Of a stretch of DNA of 64,000 bases, positions 9,253-24,136 are shown piece after piece. The number at the start of each line of letters is the position of its first letter. Positions within the stretch are counted from its first letter, which is position 1. The stretch lies in NCBI GenBank assembly GCA_012295275.1, contig CM022673.1, positions 5,270,001-5,334,000 on the forward strand, given 5' to 3'. The notes below the pieces were generated by a model. The model was not told the origin of the DNA. It searched no databases and saw only the letters and a program-made list of their open reading frames with translations. Made by a program: the position numbers and the translations under genes. Source of the stretch: Chrysomallon squamiferum (Eukaryota > Animalia > Mollusca).

Positions 9253-10096
9253 AAGAAGAAAGAAAGGAAGAAAGAAAAGCAACAATGCAAAGAGGAAAAA
9301 AAAAGATTTTGGCACCAATCTGATGTAGTGCAGCTAACTCTAGTTTTGGCATACTGTTTTAAATATGAAAAAAAAAATAATAATAATCATAATAAATAAA
9401 ATAAAAAAATTGTTACACGTGTATTATGATTAACTGAAAACAGTTTCTTAATATTAACATCAAATGATCGGCACAGATCACAGTCGTGTCACTTATATAG
9501 AGTGATCTGCGCTCATTGAAAATCATTGACTATTCACCTCTGATGGAGAAACTAGTCCAAGAAAAAGCGACGTCTGTATCACATAAAAAGTAAATAATCG
9601 TTGTACTTAGATAAATTTGATAATGGGATTCTCATGTTGCACATGTCAATATCGGATTTTTTTTTTTTTTTTTGCGGTCAAGAAGATGGAAATTCATCTT
9701 AAAATATCTGTATAATAGTTTTCTTCTATATCTGGATATGTATCATTCATCAATAAGTGTAAATTATGAATTCATCTAGTATATCACAGTATGGTCTAAA
9801 ATATCTTGTTTATTCAGACATTATAAGTTAGTTTAGACCAATGTAGATGACAGCATTATTGATTGCACCATTCATTTTTCACTGAAAAGGCTTTTAAATG
9901 TAAATCTGAATATTCATTTGATAAAGTTAGTGATATTTCAGTTTTACGATGATCACTGTTTAGAAATTACCAAAGTTATGTATAAATTAGATATATTTTA
10001 AATTAATTTTTTAATGAATAGGGCTATTTGCAAGCAATAGCAATTATGCTTATCAATTACCGATGTGATTTTGCTTGTTGCCACAGAGACTGACAA

Positions 10097-11445
10097 TTAA
10101 CAATAGCTAACACCAGAAGACATTATCTTCACCTCTCCGTTTCCCTGTGAAACAAACAGTGTTCCCGTGATGTCTGTGCCTATAGCTATCGGATTCTGAA
10201 CACTCAGTCTTGTAGCTATTGTCTGCCACGCGTCTCCTGCTGGAGCAATTTTCACAACAGAATTGTTCTCTTTGCTCACTACGAAGACGTTTCCTTGCGG
10301 GTCGCAAGTCGCAGCAGTTGGCATCGACGTCTGCGAGTTGTCAGCCATGCTGCCACTCTGTGGATAGCACCAGCTGATGTCACCAGACATGTTGATGCAT
10401 ATTATAGCCTGGCTGTTTGCATCACAGACAACAACGTCGCCAGAGGGCGTGGTACAAAGGGACGTTATTCTGGAGAATGAAAAAGACGTGTGGAACGTGG
10501 CTTGGTTTTTCAGTTTATTGTCTTTCAAAATGAATCGTTCCAAAGCAGCGTCCTTGGCGGTTATTAGAGTGGTGTGCGAAATGTGAAGAATATTCAGTAT
10601 TTTCTCTTTTGTTTTCACAATCGCCATTGAGTTGTACACGCTCTCGGTCTCGATCGTGGACAGGACTTCCAGATCAGGGGTCACGTTGACGATGCAGAGT
10701 TTATAGGAAAGAACCCCAACAAGCACCTTTTCACACGACAGCTTGGCAATACACAGAGGCGAGTTGTCCAGTTTCAATCTATGGCTTTTGTATTCTCCTT
10801 GTTCTTCGTAAAACGACTTCACACATTCGTTGTCAGAATCCACCATCACAATAACAGTTTTGTTTGTGTTATTGAAACTCTGATATAACAAAACCAGACC
10901 ACTGATGTACGGCGTCTGCTCGTCCTCCTGAAGTCTGGACGAGAAGACCTTCTGAATTATCACGTGATCAGACTCCATTTCACTGCTTTGAATATTTGTC
11001 CTCATTGGAGAATGACTTCTGCTGTTAGATCCAGACCGTGATCTCAGGGAACGCGACATTTCGCCATCAGCCGAGTCTGGTCTTAGCAAATGCGACGAAT
11101 CGACAGTTTCCAAACGTTCTTGAGAAGATGCTAATAAGTTATCTGTCTGGTCAGGCGATTCAGATGTCAGTGATGTCTCCTGATCTGCCATGGCAGTGCT
11201 GGAGGACAAAGGAATCAGGCTCTGCCCTGAAGAGTCACTTATTCTCAAGACGCCGAGTTTTGCTTTGGCAACAGTCTTTTTGAAGGCATGGTTTGGAAGG
11301 AAGGAGAAATCGACAGGTGATTGTGACTCATTCTGTGAAGACTTTGCTAGGAAATCTGCTCTGTCGTCTTGCTGTGATTGTAGCGTATATAGATATTCTC
11401 CTGTCGCGTATTCAGAACCAGGTGACAGCAGCCGGTCGACAAGTC
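10097..11445 (-). CDS. TRIM-like E3 ubiquitin ligase, last coding exon (end of coiled coil, Ser-rich linker, NHL-like beta-propeller)
   Basis: Acceptor ttttacag|GACTTGTC at 11446/11445 (phase 1) runs in frame into ORF 10097..11248. The C-terminus has NHL-like blades (SLCTTPSGDVVVCDANSQAIICI, PTAATCDPQGNVFVVSKENNSVVKI, PIAIGTDITGTLFVSQ). Stop TAA ends at 10097. Confidence 0.85.
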
Positions 11446-11609
11446 CTGTAAAAATATTTAGAAATAAATAGCGTTTGTTTATGAATGTGTGTGTGTGTAA
11501 GTGTTTATAAATATAATAATGTGTGCATCTTCGTAAAAAAAAAAAAAGTAGCCTACTGATACTGATTGTATGATGAAAACGAAAAATAAATCTAGAATTT
11601 TTTTAACAA

Positions 11610-11713
<104 letters not shown>

Positions 11714-11740
11714 CTCTCATTCTCTCATTCTCTCATTTAC

Positions 11741-12100
11741 CTAATGAATCCTGCATTTCTGCTAGCACCTCCTGCCTGTCTTCGATCTGCAGCTGAAGCT
11801 CAACCTTCTGGTCATCATAGGTCATCCAGAGAGTCTCCAGCAAATCACCTTCTTTGGTAAGTATGTCTTCTATTATCGTGTTGGCCGTTTCTTTTATTTT
11901 AGATTCCACAGCGGTTTTATCTTCTTCCATTTTTCGCAGAGTTACCTCCCTTCTGTCTATCTGCTCTTTCACGACGGCAGAGGACGATTTGAGCTGGTCT
12001 GACAATGAGATGAGTTTTTTGAGCTGCGACTTTCTGTCGTCCAGTTCGTCTGCCGAATCTTCTGATCCTGTCAGAGATTCGTTGCTGATGAACGTGAAGT
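11741..12100 (-). CDS. TRIM-like E3 ligase, middle coding exon (coiled coil), 360 nt, phase 1-1
   Basis: Acceptor gttcccgcag|ACTTC and donor TTAG|gtaaat. Translation DFTFISNESLTGSEDSADELDDRKSQLKKLISLSDQLKSSS...EMQDSL is helical, E/K/L-rich, and in frame with both neighbouring exons. Confidence 0.85.
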
Positions 12101-12315
12101 CTGCGGGAACAGCAACAAATGATTAATTAACTAACTTTAAAATATTTGGTATTACTGTATTTGAGTATTCTTTATAATAACTAAATTGTAATTCACCTTT
12201 CACAAGGGCACTGGCTATAAAGTGAAATACAAAGTAAAACGATTTTTAAAAAATTATTTAGAAAAATTATAAATCAGTAAGAAATAAGGATTTTTATATT
12301 TAAATATCGATACTT

Positions 12316-12431
<116 letters not shown>

Positions 12432-12537
12432 AGAGTATGTATTTCTTATTTTGTTGTTTGTGAGTACGTAATCTGTGAGTATATATTTCAACTCTGTTCT
12501 TCCATCATCTAATTTTATATTTATTTTTTTAAATTAC

Positions 12538-12814
12538 CTTTCTCAATCTGATTCACTGCTTCCAAAATTCCTTTCAGTTTGAAATCTGTTTTTAGCTGAC
12601 TCGCCCACGTCGATTTTGGCTGCATGGAGTCAGGGGGCGTGGTGATTTCCCTGCACACGGGGCATGGGAAACCCCGGACTCTCGCTGCATGGTTGATATA
12701 TTGTTGTATACACTCAAGACAAAAACTGTGAAGACACTGCAGAGTTTTGGGTTCACGGAAAGGTCTGTAGCAGATAGTGCATGTTAAGTGATCTTCTGTC
12801 AAAGCAGTCGCCAT
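12538..12814 (-). CDS. TRIM-like E3 ligase, first coding exon (C3HC4 RING finger)
   Basis: MATALTEDHLTCTICYRPFREPKTLQCLHSFCLECI...FPCPVCR...LKTDFKLKGILE is a TRIM-type RING-HC. Acceptor tttttag|CGATGGCG lies 2 nt before the ATG; donor GAGAAAG|gtaatt. The three exons total 1986 nt, or 661 aa plus stop. Confidence 0.9.
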
Positions 12815-13080
12815 CGCTAAAAATAATAATGATGATAATAATAATAATAATAAGAAGAAGAAGAAGAAGAAGATGATGATGATGAAAAATAAGAAGAAAA
12901 GAAGAAGAAGAAACAATAGCATCAACAACATCATCATCATCATCAGCAGTAACAAAACAACAACAACAACAATACTAATAATAATAAAAGAAGAAGAAAT
13001 AGGAAACAATAACCAACAACGACAACATCATTATCAACAATATCATCAACAATAATTATAAAAACAACAAGAATGATTAC

Positions 13081-13129
<49 letters not shown>

Positions 13130-13266
13130 TAATTAATTACAGAAACAAAGATAATAATTACAGAAGCAACAAGAACGATATTTAGGACTCCACAATGCCC
13201 ATCAAAACGGTATCAATAAAGACATTAATACTATAATAGAACCAACAGAAGTAACAAGAACTACAA

Positions 13267-13331
<65 letters not shown>

Positions 13332-13787
13332 TAATGATAATAATAATAATGATGACGATAATGATGTTGATGATGTTAATGATGATGGTGATGAAAGAGA
13401 TATTTTCATGTTTCATATTGAAAATACAGTAAACTTTATTCTCAAAATTAAATATTTCTTTAATCCAAGATAATAGGATACATAAACAGTAAAAAGCTAA
13501 TTTTGTCAAACGTTACTAAAAATGCTACACCAGTGATTTCACTAAATAACCTTTGGTATAAAAACTAATTAATAATAATATTTTAAAAATACGATATCAT
13601 TTATTTTTTTATAATAATAATAATAATAAAGATGTCATATGAATAATCCATATTAACATATAATGTATAATTATTTTATATGCTTGATACCATTTTGTAC
13701 GATCACTGCCCCAAATTAATTTGTCGTACGGCATCCCTTATCAATAACGACACAACCTAACCATTTCTGAATGAATATTACACTCAT

Positions 13788-13800
13788 ACTTACTCTTTCT
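13788..13800 (-). other. Candidate splice donor of an upstream non-coding exon of the TRIM-like gene
   Basis: Minus-strand AGAAAGA|GTAAGT is a consensus donor about 1 kb upstream of the RING exon acceptor. Alternatives lie at ~16053 (CAG|GTAAGG) and 19271 (CGG|GTAAGT). Confidence 0.3.
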
Positions 13801-14121
13801 AACCTAACTTATCTTCCCTAATCTTGTCACTGATTAGACTTTATGGTTTTGTATAATAAATATGCCTCTCTCGGCCTACGTGGTCTATATCCTGGTGTAT
13901 GTCCTGTTTTAAAATCACGCACTGTTTGTTTGAAAAATATATCAGTGTTAGTCATCGTCTAAACTCACACTGTACAGACATATATAACTAGGGGCGACAG
14001 CTGTAATGTTTGCTATCGATCAGAATCTCGTTTATTTAGTATTCAAATTATATTCAACATTGCAAATAACAAAATAGAACGTGTGTAATGTATTGGTCGG
14101 AGGGGGGTGTCTACTAGAAAG

Positions 14122-14154
<33 letters not shown>

Positions 14155-14711
14155 AAACGAGAATAATAAAATTATATAGGTAGGTGTCTGTTTGCAAAAT
14201 GAAGTATTTTTTTTTAAGTCTGTTTGAATATATTTGTTTTACCTGTGTATACATGTATTTGAATTTGTTACGTTTTATGTTTTGACGTGTGTTATATACA
14301 TGTCTGTGCGTGCTTGGATGCATGTATGATGTGTGTGTATATGTATGTATATATATATATATATATATTATTTAAATATGTATGTATGTAATTGCATATA
14401 CGTATGTAAGTATGTATATATATATATTATTTATATATGTGTGTGTGTAATTGCATATACGTATGTAAGTATGTATGTAAGTATGTATGTGCTGCAAACA
14501 AATATTGCTTTTAAATACTTAAGGCGTATACGTTTATTTTTTTTATTTAACAAAAAACTTAATTTAAAAAATACGAAGAGCCTTTACAGTTCATATCTAT
14601 CTATCTATCTATCTATATACATCTATATATCGCATATTTCAAGAAACTTAATTTTTTTTCTCAACAACACTGAAGAAACTTCAGAACTAATCTGACCACC
14701 ATTTTACACAG

Positions 14712-14740
14712 TGACGTCATTAAACAAAAATGGCGACGCT
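14712..14740 (+). promoter_or_regulatory. CRE palindrome (TGACGTCA) next to a YY1-like motif (AAAATGGCGAC); promoter-like
   Basis: Motif match only, in a non-repetitive island ~2 kb upstream of the TRIM-like RING exon. Confidence 0.35.
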
Positions 14741-15071
14741 CGGATATTTTTAATGGAATTGTCAGCACAAACAAATCTGAAAATAACTACGAAATAAACA
14801 CAACATACACAGACTACATTTTCGTTTCGCCGCATGTTCACTTTAAACATGAAACATGGAAAAACGACCGCTGCTGAACTCAAAACTACAAATACATTCC
14901 TGGGATTGTCCTGTTTCATCACATGTTAAAAAACATGTCAACAGTTGTAGAAAGGTATTCAGTAACAGCCGGTGAAGTTTTCAGCCAGTGTCGACATCAA
15001 CAGTTCACGTGTTCACCGTGGATTACAACGTGATGCCAAAAGTTTTCAACACCTTTTTTTTGTTTGTTTGT

Positions 15072-15113
<42 letters not shown>

Positions 15114-15265
15114 TTATTTTTTTTTTTTTTTTTTTTTTTGTTTTTTTTTTTTAACATCATACACATTTTTAATTAACTAGTTCGTTCGTTCGTGTATTTA
15201 TTTATATAGTTTCTTCATTTCTATCTGTCTGTCTGTCTGTCTGTCTATCTGTCTGTCTGTCTGTC

Positions 15266-15296
<31 letters not shown>

Positions 15297-16221
15297 TTGT
15301 CTATCTTCTATATATCTGTAATCTGTCTATCTATCTTTCTGTCTTTCTTAATTCGCGATCTCGTTTATCGTTGTTATATATAAACAGTCATTAATTACGC
15401 AAACTTCCTTTCATTTTTTACAGACATTGCATTAAAAAGAAAACTTGGCAACTTTTATTATCAAAACAGCCACAGGCACAGTTAAAACAAATTGAAATTC
15501 ACTCCACGACTGCTTCAATAATGCTGACAAATCGCTAAATAATAAACGAAATAAAATGACTCAGGTGGTTGTGATAGCAACAGCTGCATACCTTAGTAAC
15601 TCTGATCAGAGAATTTAATTTATTACAATCGGCGTACTTTTAGAAAGAGGTGGTTAACTTTTACAGTGACAGCTAAAACACAGTAAATTAAAACTCATGC
15701 GCAAGTAAAATGATGATAAACAATACTGTTTGACAGATTAAATAAGATGGTGTGTGTGCGGGTGCGTGTATGTGTGTGTGTTTGAAAAAAAATGTATGTA
15801 AATAAATAAAGAACAAGAACAAAAACTCCCTACAGTCATAAAAAAAAAAAAAAAAAAAAAAAAAATAAAAATCACTTTCAACCTCCAAAAGCTGTTTTTA
15901 TTTTGAAAAGAACTTTAAATACAGCTATAAAATACCGACATTACAAACTCAAGTGTATTTTTATATCCAGTAAATACGGAAAGTATCAACAAAATCTAAA
16001 TGTTCTACTCTTAACCATCTACACGTTTTAATATGTTTTATTTTTGTCCTTACCTGTATTTTGCTGTTTTATACTGAAACTGAATAGAAGACAGTTACGT
16101 ATTTTACACCTGTAGTTTTTACACATTTAACTGAAAACACAGCAAATGTTTTTTTTGTCGGTTGGAATTTAGTTAGTTCATAATCTTTGCATATTTCAAT
16201 TAACAATTACTAACGAATGTG

Positions 16222-16261
<40 letters not shown>

Positions 16262-16845
16262 GTGTGTTGTCTGTCGTCCCCAATAATCTCTTTGTTTCGT
16301 TAAGCTAGTAACAGGACATACACTCCTTACACCTTGCCCTAGTTTTTAACGAATGATCAATTTCTTACGTAAGTTTTACATAAAATAAAATAAGAATTTT
16401 TTTTACTTACTTACATGAATTATCCAAACCTCTTTTGGAGCTAAATCCTTTAGTTTAAGATTTATTTTAAATACAAACAGTTTAGGACATGCTCTCTGCT
16501 GTTTATTGCAAAGACTAAATTTTGTTTAAATGTCTAAGTTTCCGGTCGATCGTGTATTTATCGATGTAGAGTGCAGGTGTTACTTTTCAATAGCCACGTT
16601 TCTCACAGCAGAACTTAGTTTCATTGTAAATAATGAAAATAACAATTGTTAAAACATATCTGAAATATGGAAATTATATTCAGTGTAATTTAAGTGACAT
16701 CTGGTTTGAAATTATTTAAATTTTGTTTTTTGTTTTTCATTTTTATTTTTGTAATTACGTGCGAACTGGAATATATTATAGATTATATTACACTATAGCA
16801 CAGTAAGGTGTGATGTAGTGTAGAGTTATATAATACAGTATGATA

Positions 16846-17206
16846 CATGGCCGTAACTATACTGAGGCAAATGAGGAAAATGCCTCATATCGACAAAATA
16901 TAAGTCTATATACCGAATGAAACGATATTCATTGAATGAATTCTTTTATGTCTACGGTTACCGTTTGAAGTCTGTCTATATCGTTGTGATGAAAGTCATA
17001 AATGACTTCAAAGACATCAAACATCAAGCAGGTTTATCGTCTTAGCCCGGTTCTTGCCCTCATGCAGTGTATTTTGTCGTTTAGCGTCACCACAGAACTC
17101 AGTATAGCTGGTGGCCCAAGCCCCTCGCCCAATTTGTTTTTGCTCCACTCCGCTCGGCGATTAAGTGTTTTTGCCTCATTTCAAAAAGAGTCTAGTTACA
17201 GCCATG
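16846..17206. mobile_element. MITE / non-autonomous DNA transposon, 361 bp
   Basis: Terminal inverted repeats CATGGCCGTAACTA ... TAGTTACAGCCATG (13/14). Subterminal inverted TGAGGCAAA / TTTGCCTCA. Flanked by TA on both sides. No coding capacity. Confidence 0.75.
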
Positions 17207-18062
17207 TAGTATAATGCAAAGTTATTAAGAGGTTATATAATCATATCGAACACCGTCAACAAGGGGAGGTAATCCATAACGCCTGTAGCTCATGACAGTT
17301 GTCTTCGTCTGACACTGATGTTATAATGATGATGAAGGATAATGACCAGAAAACAACAACAATTTTCTTATTTGCTTTCATAAATGCTTTGTTTTCTAAT
17401 AATAATAATAATAATAACAATAAATACATAAATATGTAAATATAAAAATAAATCTCCTATATCCGCGTGGGCTGTCAGTGTGTTTAAATAAAAAATATTG
17501 ATTTGTGGCATCTGGTGTTTTGACGTAAATTATGACGTTGTTTATTTTGTTGTTTACACTTTCGACACTACGTCAGAGACATTTAAGGAATGTGCGTGAC
17601 ATCAAGTTTGAAAAAAAAAAAAAAAAAAACTCCACATATTTTGACGTCTCAACATATACTTATTATAGTTAGACAAGTTTTTATATACTGAACGAAAAAG
17701 TTTAGGAACATGAAATTTTTTCATGTGTGAAATTGTAACGGTCACAGCAGAGAGAAATCATTACCACAAAATGTTAAATTAATCTGTGGACCAAACGTTT
17801 TATCCAGTGGTGAATTTTATGTCTTTTATGACGTCGTATAGAAATTGCAAAGAACGCGATACCCCAAAACAAAATATTTATTATTTTTTTAATTTTTTAT
17901 TAATTTTTAATTTTTTATATTTATTTTTTATATAGCAGTTTTGGGTCTTTGATATGAATGCTAACTTAGAGAAACACTTATTAACACCTAAAACGCAGAA
18001 TACTAATTTAGTTTCGGTTTTGAGCGATGAATGTTTATTTTCTGTGTTTTCTGATTTAGATT

Positions 18063-18093
<31 letters not shown>

Positions 18094-18342
18094 CTTTCAT
18101 TAAAAACCAAAGATAAATAATTCCTTCATATATAGAATAAGAAGTTTTCTGAATCAAGGGAGAAAACTATGCAACTAATGCAAAGATCGTAAGACGTCGA
18201 GTTATTTACTCCTGTCTATTGGAGAACGTTAAAGATGAAAATGAATTCTTACATCATTTGCTTTTCTTTCGGTTATTAATATTTCTGACATGATAATTAT
18301 CCGATTCTCAGTTTAGTTCATTTTCTATTTCCACTTACTCTT

Positions 18343-18457
<115 letters not shown>

Positions 18458-18618
18458 TTTTTTCTGTATTTTTTTCATTCTCCCTTCTCTGATTTCGAAT
18501 GTTATTCTCTCTGGCTTCCTTCGCTGTATTTTATAACAGCCCTTTATTATTCCAGTCCTCTCTCGTCTTTTTGTCTCTACTCTTTCTCATCTTCTCATCC
18601 AGTTTTCCCCTTCACTCT

Positions 18619-18689
18619 GTCACACGGTCCCTTTATCTGTCTCTCTGTTGAAAATTTCGACAGCGAGACAGATAAAGAGACCGAGTGAC
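18619..18689. repeat. 71-nt inverted repeat (fold-back hairpin)
   Basis: GTCACACGGTCCCTTTATCTGTCTCTCTGTTGAAA-A-TTTCGACAGCGAGACAGATAAAGAGACCGAGTGAC; the arms differ at 4 positions. Confidence 0.9.
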
Positions 18690-20042
18690 TATTTATGAAA
18701 GAATGTGTTTATATGCATGTAAATATATTTGTATGTGTATGTATATTTGTATATACACATATGTATGAATTTTTTACCAGTAAAATTTTTACCAGTAAAT
18801 ATGTATTTGCTTACGTATAGTAATTTTGCAATTCTGCAAGTGCATAAGTATTTGCATTTATGTATATTAATTTGTATATTCGTTTCTATATTTCTTTTTC
18901 ATTTCTTCTTCTTTTTCTTCTTCTTCTTCTTCTTATTATTATTATTATTCTCCTTCTCTTTACTTGAACACAGTGAACTTATATATACGTTTTATCATCC
19001 AACAATGTCAAACTAATTCATAATTCATCCACACTGACTGCAGTGCAATCACCAAATTCTTCTAACTCTCCTCGTCTTTATCTTCTCTGCGTGTCGAACA
19101 CACGCACATCCGCCCTAAAACACACACACAGCGAGTGAACCGCGGTTCCTCAGCCGCACCACGTGCCTCGTAAAACAACCACACTGTGTGATAATTTCTA
19201 ATTTACTACCAGCCCTGTTGTTTGTTTTTTTTTTTTTTTTTTTTTTTTATTTTTCTTCTCCACCAACTTACCCGCGTTCTCGTTTGTAAGTCCGACCTAT
19301 CTGTTTGTTCGATAGAATCTCCGTCTGTTTTCGTATGGATGAATGAATTAACTGAATAAAACATTACAAAACTCTTCGGGTAACAATAGCTTTGACCCTG
19401 TATCGGGATCTTGATGTCAAACTATAAGGGAGTCATTTGGAGCAGTTAGGTTAAGTATTCAGACGTAAGATTTGTATATGTGTATATATTTGTTTTTTAA
19501 AAAGAGTCATTGATGTTTTTTTTTTAATATATATTAATAATATATGATTGATTAGAGGAAATGAAATGATGCATTTTGTATTTGAAGAGGAACAAGAAAA
19601 AGAAAACAGGTCAGTTGTTTATTTGTATGTAATGTAATATTGGAAAAAAATGTTTAAAAAATGTTGATGCTTAAAATTGATGACTTGTAGATAAAAACGT
19701 ATATTTTAATAATGGTTTTGCATATTTTGGTTTTGTGGTTATAATAACAAAGATTGCCATATAGCTTAAATGTGTTCCATTCTTTTCGAATAGATAGACA
19801 GAAAGATAGACTGATGAATAGCGAGAAAGATGGAAAAATAACAGAGATATATATATATATATAAATATATTGTATAAACAAGAACAGACAAACAGACAGA
19901 GACAATCAAATGAATGGATAGAGAAATATAAAAATGGAAACAGATAAATAATCAAATAGATAAAGAGAGATTTGCTGAATAATACTAATAGAGGATGGAA
20001 ATGTATGTGTATATGCATGTATGTCTGTATATATATGTGTGA

Positions 20043-20188
<146 letters not shown>

Positions 20189-21071
20189 GAGTATATAGAT
20201 AAATAAACTGGTACATGAATACAAAGATACGTAAAGAGATATATGAATACAGATAGACACTAAATGTCTGATTAAATAAATGAAATCAGTGTTTGCCTGA
20301 ACAGCATTAACAAAGCTGAAAAATACGCAAACAAAACAATATGTAAAACAATGCTATATACAGAAAAATTAACCTAGTGATTGTGTAGCAGATATTATGA
20401 ATGAACAAATGAATGATGTGTTTCTTCTTCTTCTTCTTTTCTTCCTTTAATCATTCAAATAATACTGCAAATCTTACTGCAAAACTGTCATTTATAAAAA
20501 AAAAAAAAAAAAAAAACAAAAAATAGAACGTAGATGTAATTCTTTTATCGTTATCGTCATCATCTCCATCAACAATGTCGGTCATTAGAATCAACATCGA
20601 CAGCAACAAATATCGCCAACAGCAAAAAATTAGTAAAGTGGATATAATTTTTGTATGAATGGTCAAAATGCGACGATGGTAACTTAAGAGACATCAGATT
20701 TTGTTTATACCCTCGGGCTGCAGGAACAAACAGAAGTGAACAGGCCGTGATGGACAATAGGATTGCTGTGTATTTTACCCGGTGAAGCGGAAAAGGTCAC
20801 TGTATTTATTTTATCTGTCAAACTTTTGTATATCTGTGATGACAGTAATAATAATAATAATAATAAGGAGAAGGAAAAATAGCTAAAATACATTAACGTG
20901 TGATGGTGATGATGATGATGGTATGATGATGAGTAATAATAATAATAACAGATGGTGATGATGATGATGATGATGATGATGATTACTAATAATAACAATA
21001 ATAAAAATAATAATAGAAATAATAAAAAAAAATAATAAAAATAATAAAATAACAATAACAACACAATAATA

Positions 21072-21128
<57 letters not shown>

Positions 21129-22957
21129 GATTACAGTAACAAAAACAATATAACAAAAATTCTTTTCCATTTCCATCCTTACACCAAATGTTTATTTTTA
21201 ATTTTTTTTAATTTAAAAAAAAAAAAGAAAAAGAAGAAGAGGAAGAAAAAAGGCTATCTCTAAATATAAAAAGTTGATGACTCTTACAGTTCTAGCTAAA
21301 CCTCATTCTTAAAAAAAAAAAAAAACTAGACCCCTTAATATTAACACCATCTCTGATGCGACTGATATGAATCGTTCAGTGGAGTGTTAATGACGTTAAT
21401 TAATCATACACGTAAGAAAGATAAAAATCCAAGGTCAAGTTAATAACGTCTGTACGTTACCATCCAGCACGCTGCTTTACCCAAACACTAATTCTATCTA
21501 TAGCTCATTTCCCAGCAGTGTTTGTAGGCTAAGCCAACGTACCTAAGAATAGCTAATACTCCGTAATTAAGGGATATATCGACAACATTTTATACCTAAC
21601 CCGACAAGTCATTCGAAAAGTCCTGTCTTCTGTTACAGCACAAAAAAAAAAAAAAAAAAAAAAAAAAAATGAACAAGAAAAGAAGTGTATCATATTTTTA
21701 GAGATGTCTGGACGTAACCAACCGTAACCACTTTGGCATGCTTCCGGCCTGTAACCAGATTCGAGCTAAACATTTTGTAAAGAGCAGGGGGTTTCTGTTG
21801 AAGATTAAGACTAGGGGAGGGGGAAGAATGAACGGGGGAGGGGTGTGGTGATGTTTAGGTGAGGTCAATTCCCCAGAGAATGTTTACCTCGGAATATATT
21901 CCTAACGATGATAAATCGTAAGACATTTCAGACTACAATAAATTTATCGACTATCTGATATGATTAGAATATTTCTGGTTAATATTAAAGTTAATAAAAT
22001 GGTCTTGATGGCTTGTACAGTTTCTGTGACGACCGAGATAATGAATTGATATACACTATTATAGAATGTGGTTGGATAACAAATCAACCTACCAAATATT
22101 TAACTAACAGCAGTCTAACTTACTAACTTGGTAACTAACAAATAAACGAATCAACTAACTAACAACATCACTATTTCTGCTGCTGTGACTGTTACTACAT
22201 CATCAATTACAATTACTGTGCACGTACGTACGTACGTACGTATATACGATTAGGTTTTATTATATTTTATGTACGTATGGATTATGGATGTATATATGTA
22301 TTTATTATGTATGTTTGTCTATATATATCTATAAACACACACACATACATACATACATACATTCAAACATATATATATGCATACACACATACGCACACAT
22401 ACACACATATGTATATATGTACGTATGCGAGTACAGACACATATCTATAACTGAATAAAAACAAAAAACAAAAAACAACAAAACAGTTCCTAGATCTCAT
22501 TATAAATGTTCTAGTATTACACGTGTCAATGTACAAGTAATTAGTATACTAATTATGACATGCGGAAGTCTCGTTGCTTTTCATTCGGCTCAGGTTAATA
22601 CTAGTGGCTTGGTTCACGACCTGAAATGATTCTTCAGAGACTTGAAGATGTTTTACTGTTATGACTGTTGTTTTCACTTTTGTTATTAACATTTTTGTTT
22701 AGTAAAACAAACAACAGGAACGTACGTTATGGTAAATATTTTTCAGAAAGGGTAGAAAACCCACACACAGTAACAAAAGTTAGAACAAAAATAAAACAAA
22801 AAACCCAAAAAAAAAAAAACATTCAAAAAACAAGCCCCACAAATTTTTTTAAAATAAAAATTAAATAAATAACCATATAAAATGTTTACTTCCTAAACAA
22901 CTATCTAAACACAATGAATACATAAGGACGCCTCACTAACATATACACGTATACAAT

Positions 22958-23061
<104 letters not shown>

Positions 23062-24097
23062 TCTCACCCACATGCACATACACTCAAATATATACATCCT
23101 CACCCTAAAATCCTCAGGCTTACAAACATTATAGTTTATAACCTACACACCATGAATGAACCATACAATTGATTTATCACTTGTCTATCATGGACAATAT
23201 ATTACACACCTCTAGATGAGCTACATCAATCAATTTGCCTCGTCAGATCTCTTGTTAAATTCTCATATTGATAAATATATCGTCATTTTATTTTGGGAAG
23301 ATTTGAACTGCTGATGGTTCTAATCGAAGAATTTCTGGACAAAGGTTCTTGTAAGGGCTCAAACGAATACCAGAAGGTCTTGCACAGTTATTCTTTTTAA
23401 AACATAAATAATATTATAATGTCGTGAGTTTTCAAGAATTTGATAATTAAGTGAAACGAAATAACGCTGATACCCGATGCAGATAGAATGAGTCTGAACT
23501 TTATTGTATGTTTTGGTTAGTAACACATAAATTACTGTTATTACTAAACCAGATACATTTACATTTACTAACGTTATTAATACCACAGTATTTCAGATGT
23601 TACTACTACTACTACTTCTACCACCAGTACACCTACCACCACCATCATCATCATCATCCCACGTTGCTACTATCACCGCCGTTATTACTAATTCCATTAC
23701 TTTAACCATATCATCATCTTCATCTTAATCCCGGCCATTGCTTCTGCTACTTCTACTACTACTACTACTGTTCCTACTACAACCGCCATTATTACTACTT
23801 CCTCTACTTCAACCACACCACCATCATAATCACTCCGCTGATGCTGCTACTACTATTGCAGCTACTACCACCACAACCACATCATCGCCATCATCTCTGC
23901 TGTTGCTGCTGCACACGTTTCTACTATTAGTACCATTACTAACTCCACCACTACCACTGCTATTAAGTTTAATTTCTGTTATTAATATTATTACAACTGC
24001 TTTTATTACACTGTTACTACTGTCATTATTATAATTATTACCGATACTAATATTACTATTCTACCACCACTGTTTTTGTATTATTATTATTATTATA

Positions 24098-24136
<39 letters not shown>

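Noticed and set aside
12815-13009. Hydrophobic N-terminal 'transmembrane' extension of the RING ORF (12521..13009)
   Set aside because: It is a translation of trinucleotide microsatellites in the intron; a splice acceptor lies 2 nt before the true ATG.
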